Assembly: GCA_041752695.1 (NCBI GenBank)
Contig: JBGSVZ010000037.1
Span: forward strand, 1-49,112
DNA from: Terrimicrobiaceae bacterium
GTDB lineage: Bacteria; Verrucomicrobiota; Verrucomicrobiia; Chthoniobacterales; Terrimicrobiaceae
Reading direction: 5' to 3'
Length of the DNA: 49,112 nt
The notes under the pieces: model-generated
The model's input: the letters and a program-made list of their open reading frames with translations, nothing else
Told to the model about the DNA's origin: nothing
The model's database searches: none
Part shown: positions 44,544-49,112 of the stretch, piece after piece
Layout: the number at the start of each line of letters is the position of its first letter
Position numbering within the stretch: the first letter of the stretch is position 1
Program-made: the position numbers and the translations under genes

Positions 44544-46343
44544 GTGCTGGGGCGCTTGATTGGGCTGGTCTGGCGTCATCGCTGGCGCTGCCTGTTCATT
44601 CTGGCCATTCAATTGGTCCTGCTAGCGCTCGGCCTCACCGGCCTGGCGCTCGCGGGCATGGGGGTGGATGTGATCCGGTACGAAATCGAGTCCCACACCG
44701 CACCGCCGCGCTGGCCCTTCGGCATCCGGCTTCCGCCGGACTGGCACGGGATGCCGCTGCTCGCCGTCCTTTCCGGGAGCATTGCCGTGCTCGCCCTCCT
44801 GCGCGCTGGCTTGAACTACCTCTACGGCATGTCTGTCGCCCGGCTCGTCCAGGGCGAAATCGTGGTGCGCCTGCGCGGCGAACTCTACGACAAACTCCAG
44901 CGGCTGGATTTTCGGTTTTTCGACTCAAATGCCAGCAGCTCGCTGATCAATCGCCTCACCGGGGACGTGCAGTCCGTGCGGCTGTTCGTCGACGGGGTGA
45001 TGATTCCCGCCGTGATCATGGTGCTCTCACTTGGCGTGTATCTCATTTACATGCTTTCGATCCACGTGCCGCTCACCATCACGTGCCTGATCCCGATGCC
45101 GTTGATCTGGATCCTCGCGGCGCGATTTTCCAAGGAGGTTTATCCGCGATACCGCAAGGCCCGCCGGCTTTTCGATGGCATCGTCCTTTGGCTCAGCGAG
45201 TGCCTCCAGGGCGTGGGTGTGGTGAAAGCCTTCGGTTTCGAAAAGCGCGCCATGGAGATCTTCGAGGAAAAAAACCGCGCCTTCCGCGAGCAGCAGTACA
45301 CGACCTTTGGCATGGTCAGCTTTTTCACGCCCTCCATCAACGCCGTCACTCAATCCACCCTCATCATCCTCCTCGGCTACGGCGGCTGGCTGGTGATGCA
45401 CGATGCCATTCCTCTAGGGGCGGGACTGGTGGTCTTTTCCGGTCTCCTGCAGCAATTCGGCGCGCAGGTTGCCAATGTGGGCGGCATCATGAACAGCGCC
45501 CAGCAAAGCCTCGCCGCTGCGGGCCGTGTCTTCGAGATTCTCGACGCTCCGCTCACCGTGCGCAACGCTCCAACCCCGCTGCGGCCCGCAGCCGTGCGCG
45601 GCGAGATCCGCTTCGAAAATGTGACATTCGCCCACCGCGGCGAAAACCAGCCGTCGTTGAGGGAGGTGAGTTTTTCCGCCGAACCCGGACAATGCATCGG
45701 CATCATTGGCGCGACGGGCAGCGGGAAATCCTCCCTGCTCAGCCTCGTGCCGCGTTTTTATGATCCGCAATCGGGCCGGGTCTGCGTGGACGGCTGCGAC
45801 GTGCGCGAACTGGACCTCGAAACCCTGCGCGCTTCGGTGGGCATGGTTTTTCAGGAGAGTTTTCTTTTTGCCGCCTCGGTGGCCGACAACATTGCCTTCG
45901 GCCAGCCCGACGCGTCGCCCGAACAGATCGAACGCGCCGCGCGCATGGCGGCGGCGGATGGGTTCATCCGGGAGCTTCCGGAGGGCTACCAGACCGTGCT
46001 GCGTGAAGGCGGACAGAGCCTATCCGGCGGCCAACGCCAGCGCCTCGCGTTGGCCCGCGCCCTGCTGCGCGATCCGAAAATTCTCATCCTCGACGATCCC
46101 ACCGCCGCGGTGGACGCCCACACCGAGCAGGAGATTCTCGAAGGGGTCGAGCAGGCGCTCCATGGCCGCACCGTGCTGCTCGCCACCCACCGCATCGCCG
46201 CGCTGCGCCGCGCCCATTGGATCCTCGTTCTCGAGGGCGGACGCATCATCCAGCAGGGTCCGCCTGCGGAACTTGCCCGTCGCCCCGGGTATTATCAGAA
46301 CCTCACGCTGCTCCAGCACGACCATGAAACAGAGGCCGCCTGA
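44544..46343 (+). CDS. ABC exporter half (TMD+NBD), degenerate Walker B
   Basis: GATGSGKSS, LSGGQRQR, ILILDD; start uncertain (GTG 44544 or ATG 44469). Confidence 0.9.
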   Translation: MLGRLIGLVWRHRWRCLFILAIQLVLLALGLTGLALAGMGVDVIRYEIESHTAPPRWPFGIRLPPDWHGMPLLAVLSGSIAVLALLRAGLNYLYGMSVARLVQGEIVVRLRGELYDKLQRLDFRFFDSNASSSLINRLTGDVQSVRLFVDGVMIPAVIMVLSLGVYLIYMLSIHVPLTITCLIPMPLIWILAARFSKEVYPRYRKARRLFDGIVLWLSECLQGVGVVKAFGFEKRAMEIFEEKNRAFREQQYTTFGMVSFFTPSINAVTQSTLIILLGYGGWLVMHDAIPLGAGLVVFSGLLQQFGAQVANVGGIMNSAQQSLAAAGRVFEILDAPLTVRNAPTPLRPAAVRGEIRFENVTFAHRGENQPSLREVSFSAEPGQCIGIIGATGSGKSSLLSLVPRFYDPQSGRVCVDGCDVRELDLETLRASVGMVFQESFLFAASVADNIAFGQPDASPEQIERAARMAAADGFIRELPEGYQTVLREGGQSLSGGQRQRLALARALLRDPKILILDDPTAAVDAHTEQEILEGVEQALHGRTVLLATHRIAALRRAHWILVLEGGRIIQQGPPAELARRPGYYQNLTLLQHDHETEAA

Positions 46344-48093
46344 ACCCGAGCATCAGCCGCTGAAACTCGCGCTCCTGCGCCGCGTCTTTCAGCACACCCC
46401 CGAGGCAAGGCCGGCCCGGAACCTTCTCATTGTCCTGACGATCCTGCGGTCCGTGCAGCTTCCGCTTCTGGCCTGGGCATTGGGCGCCATCATCAACGGC
46501 CCGATCACCAGCCGCAGCACCACGGGTTTGCTCTGGGGCATCGCGGGCTACACCGCGCTCCTGGTGGTGACGGATTATGTTTTCCACTACCGCATCAAAC
46601 TGGCTCTCCATTACGGCGAAAATGTCGTGAGTCGGCTGCGCAGCGAGCTCTTCGCCCACCTCGCCCGCATGCCCATGCAGTTTCATCACGAGCACCGCGT
46701 TGGCGGACTAATCAGCCGCCTGACCTCGGACATCGAATCCATCCGCTCCGGCGTGCAGGAGGCGCTTTTTGTTTCCATCGTGCAGGGCGGACAAATGATC
46801 GTCGCCGGTCTCCTGATGTTGTGGTACGAGCCCATGCTTTTTGCCATCGTGGCCGCGGTCGGGCCAATGCTGTTTCTTCTCACCCGGAAGTTTCGCAAAA
46901 GCCAGAGCCGCATGCAGCGCGCCATCCAGGAAAGTTTCAGCCGGATCACCGCCAGCGTCACGGAGGCCGTGGGGGGCATCCGGGTCACGCAGGGGTTTTC
47001 CCGCGAGGAGCAAAATGCCGGGATCTTCCGCGAGCTCGTGGCCGATCACTCGCAATACAATATCGGCGCCGCGCGCAGCACCGCCACCTTCACCCCGCTG
47101 CTTGAACTCAACGCCCAGTTTTTCACCGCCGCCCTCCTCCTCGTGGGTGGCTGGCGCGCGCTGCACCCCGACATCGGCATGCCCATCGGCGACCTCATCA
47201 TGTTCCTCTTTCTGGCCACGCTGTTTTTCCAGCCCTTCCAGGCCCTCGGCAACCAATACGGCACAGCCATCTCCGCCATGGCCGGCGCGGAACGCGTCTT
47301 CACCCTGCTCGACACCCCACCCGCCTGGGAGGACGCCCCGGACGCCCGCGCACTCGGCCCCATCTCCGGACGCGTGGAAGTGGAGAATCTTTCCTTCAGC
47401 TACGCGCCGGATAAACCCGTCCTGCAAAACATCTCGTTCGTCGCCGAACCCGGCATGTCCATCGCCCTTGCCGGCCACACCGGCAGCGGCAAAACCACCC
47501 TCGTCAATCTCATCGCCAAATTTTACCTGCCGTTATCCGGCTCGGTGAAAATCGACGGCCATGCCACCACGGCCATCCAGACCGAATCCCTCCACCGCCA
47601 ACTCGGCGTCGTCACCCAGCAGAACTTTCTTTTCACCGGCTCCATTCTGGAAAACCTCCGCGTCGCCCGCCAAAATGCCACGCACGAAGAGGCTCTCGCC
47701 GCCGCCGATCGCCTCGGCTGCCGGGACGAAATCGAGGCCATCGGACTCGACACTGTGGTCACCGAACAAGGCGGCGGGATTTCCCTCGGTCAGCGTCAAC
47801 TCGTCTGCATCCTCCGCGCCATGCTCGCCGATCCCCGCATCCTCATTCTCGATGAGGCGACCAGCGCGGTGGACAGCCTCACCGAAGCCAAAATTCAGCA
47901 GGCCATGACCGAACTCATGCGCGGCCGCACCAGTTTCATCATCGCCCACCGCCTCAGCACGGTGCGCAAAGCCAGCCTCGTCCTGGTTCTCGACCACGGA
48001 CGTATTGTCGAGCGCGGCACCCATCGCGAACTTCTTCGCGCCGGCGGCGTTTACGCCGGCATGTACCGCCAGTTCGTCCGGCCGGCCTTGTGA
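46324..48093 (+). CDS. ABC exporter half (TMD+NBD), degenerate signature
   Basis: GHTGSGKTT, ISLGQRQ, ILILDEATS, IAHRL; complementary degeneracy indicates a heterodimeric exporter. Confidence 0.92.
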   Translation: MKQRPPEPEHQPLKLALLRRVFQHTPEARPARNLLIVLTILRSVQLPLLAWALGAIINGPITSRSTTGLLWGIAGYTALLVVTDYVFHYRIKLALHYGENVVSRLRSELFAHLARMPMQFHHEHRVGGLISRLTSDIESIRSGVQEALFVSIVQGGQMIVAGLLMLWYEPMLFAIVAAVGPMLFLLTRKFRKSQSRMQRAIQESFSRITASVTEAVGGIRVTQGFSREEQNAGIFRELVADHSQYNIGAARSTATFTPLLELNAQFFTAALLLVGGWRALHPDIGMPIGDLIMFLFLATLFFQPFQALGNQYGTAISAMAGAERVFTLLDTPPAWEDAPDARALGPISGRVEVENLSFSYAPDKPVLQNISFVAEPGMSIALAGHTGSGKTTLVNLIAKFYLPLSGSVKIDGHATTAIQTESLHRQLGVVTQQNFLFTGSILENLRVARQNATHEEALAAADRLGCRDEIEAIGLDTVVTEQGGGISLGQRQLVCILRAMLADPRILILDEATSAVDSLTEAKIQQAMTELMRGRTSFIIAHRLSTVRKASLVLVLDHGRIVERGTHRELLRAGGVYAGMYRQFVRPAL

Positions 48094-48126
48094 GCGACGC
48101 CGGCTCCCTCCGATCGAGAGGGGGCT

Positions 48127-48321
48127 TTACGAGGCCTTGGACGACGGCGCATGGTCTCGCGTCCGACCCAGGGAAAGGGGAGACCCGCGTCCCAATTTTC
48201 GCAAGGCATTCAAAAACCGCGATCCCTGCGAGGGGGGTTCCGGAGGCGCTTCTTCCTTCGCCTCCAACTCCATGGCCTTCCGAATCAGCAAATCTTCAAA
48301 TTCCAGTTGCCTTTCTTTCAC
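48127..48321 (-). CDS. Possible small protein divergent from lexA
   Basis: 64 aa, GTG start, fills the gap between the ABC gene and lexA. Confidence 0.35.
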   Translation of the reverse strand: MKERQLEFEDLLIRKAMELEAKEEAPPEPPSQGSRFLNALRKLGRGSPLSLGRTRDHAPSSKAS

Positions 48322-48322
48322 A

Positions 48323-48344
48323 ATATCGTGAACTTACACGATAT
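48323..48344. promoter_or_regulatory. Putative LexA operator
   Basis: Palindrome ATATCGTG-AACTTA-CACGATAT overlapping the lexA ATG. Confidence 0.65.
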
Positions 48345-48972
48345 GTTATCGCCTGTCCATCGCCGAATTGCCCAAGCCCTGCTCTCCTTTGAAAAACGGG
48401 GCGAACCGGGATTCGTTCCGGAGTTGGTGCGCGCGCTGGGTTATGCGGCGGAGAGCAGTCTTACCGCCACACTGCGCGTGATGGAACGCGAAGGGCTGCT
48501 GGCGATCAAGGGCGGAGGCGCGCGCGGACGATCACGCATGGTCACCCTCACCTCGAAAGGCCGTTTTGCCATCGGCGCGGGGGGGCTCCCCGTGCTCGGC
48601 TCGATCCCGGCCGGCCCACTCGCGGAGGCGGTGGAGTCGGCGGATGAAGTGCTCGAACCGGCCGAACTGCTGCCCTGGCGCGAGGGGGATTTTTTGCTCC
48701 GGGTGCGCGGAGATTCCATGGAGGGCGACGGCATTCTCAACGGTGACCTCGTGCTCATCCGACCGGATCGGGAAGCGCGGCCGGGGGAAATTGCCGCCGT
48801 TTTGATTGGCGACGACCACGACACCACCCTCAAGCGGGTGTTTTTTCAAGGGGCCAAGGCCATCCTGCGCGCCAGCAATCCGAAATACCCCGACTTCACC
48901 GTGCCCGCTGAAACCGTAAAAATCGCGGGCGTTTTCCGCGGATTGATTCGTCATGCCGGCGGCGCTTCATGA
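48343..48972 (+). CDS. lexA: LexA-family repressor (wHTH + S24 peptidase)
   Basis: IPAG cleavage site, VRGDSM (Ser), TTLKR (Lys); ATG 48343. Confidence 0.9.
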   Translation: MLSPVHRRIAQALLSFEKRGEPGFVPELVRALGYAAESSLTATLRVMEREGLLAIKGGGARGRSRMVTLTSKGRFAIGAGGLPVLGSIPAGPLAEAVESADEVLEPAELLPWREGDFLLRVRGDSMEGDGILNGDLVLIRPDREARPGEIAAVLIGDDHDTTLKRVFFQGAKAILRASNPKYPDFTVPAETVKIAGVFRGLIRHAGGAS

Positions 48973-49112
48973 GGGCAAAGCGCGGAACCTGGCGGCTTTG
49001 CGGGCCTTGGTGGCGGAAAAGTTTCCGCAGACCGTCCGCGCCCCGTCCGGCCGCCTCCCCACCGGATGCCCCGCGCTGGATCGTTGCGGCGGGCTTATCC
49101 GCGGCGCGCTCA
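48953..49112 (+). CDS. imuA: ImuA-like RecA-family protein, 3' truncated by window edge
   Basis: Not in the ORF track; manual translation MPAALHEGKARNLAALRALVAEKFPQTVRAPSGRLPTGCPALDRCGGLIRGAL has the RecA-like PTG..ALD..GGL.RG motif directly after lexA. Confidence 0.75.
   Translation, partial: MPAALHEGKARNLAALRALVAEKFPQTVRAPSGRLPTGCPALDRCGGLIRGAL

Noticed and set aside
1..49112. CRISPR array, tRNA, rRNA or riboswitch
   Set aside because: No repeat-spacer periodicity or recognisable RNA motifs seen by eye; an Infernal/tRNAscan run would be needed to exclude them

Overview
A 49-kb GC-rich bacterial chromosomal segment, probably Verrucomicrobiota (inferred from a PEP-CTERM protein, heptamer intergenic repeats and a lexA-imuA arrangement). 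Most of it is ordinary: coaX, a CYTH protein, glgX, a GNAT, a TPR/alpha-2-macroglobulin/pbpC operon, sufS-sufU, two hybrid histidine kinases, STAS-mlaE, an RfaH/NusG paralog, an LpxH-like phosphoesterase, an MntR-regulated troABCD metal ABC operon (TroC fused to a DtxR domain), an AI-2E transporter, MacAB-like efflux, two PilT ATPases, a heterodimeric ABC exporter and lexA-imuA. The outstanding region is about 24.4-30.3 kb, a visibly lower-GC island next to a VapBC-type toxin-antitoxin pair. It is bracketed by a 29-bp inverted repeat (26/29 identical, GGGGTCAG...TTGACA type) with an exact 19-bp tandem duplication at the right junction. It carries two convergent two-gene operons: a protein with a possible ADP-ribosyltransferase-like motif layout plus an all-helical partner, facing a multi-GAF histidine kinase plus a stand-alone receiver. 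This is a candidate phosphorelay-controlled conflict/defence module. No transposase, integrase, tRNA, rRNA or CRISPR array was recognised. All calls are from reading motifs; no searches were run.
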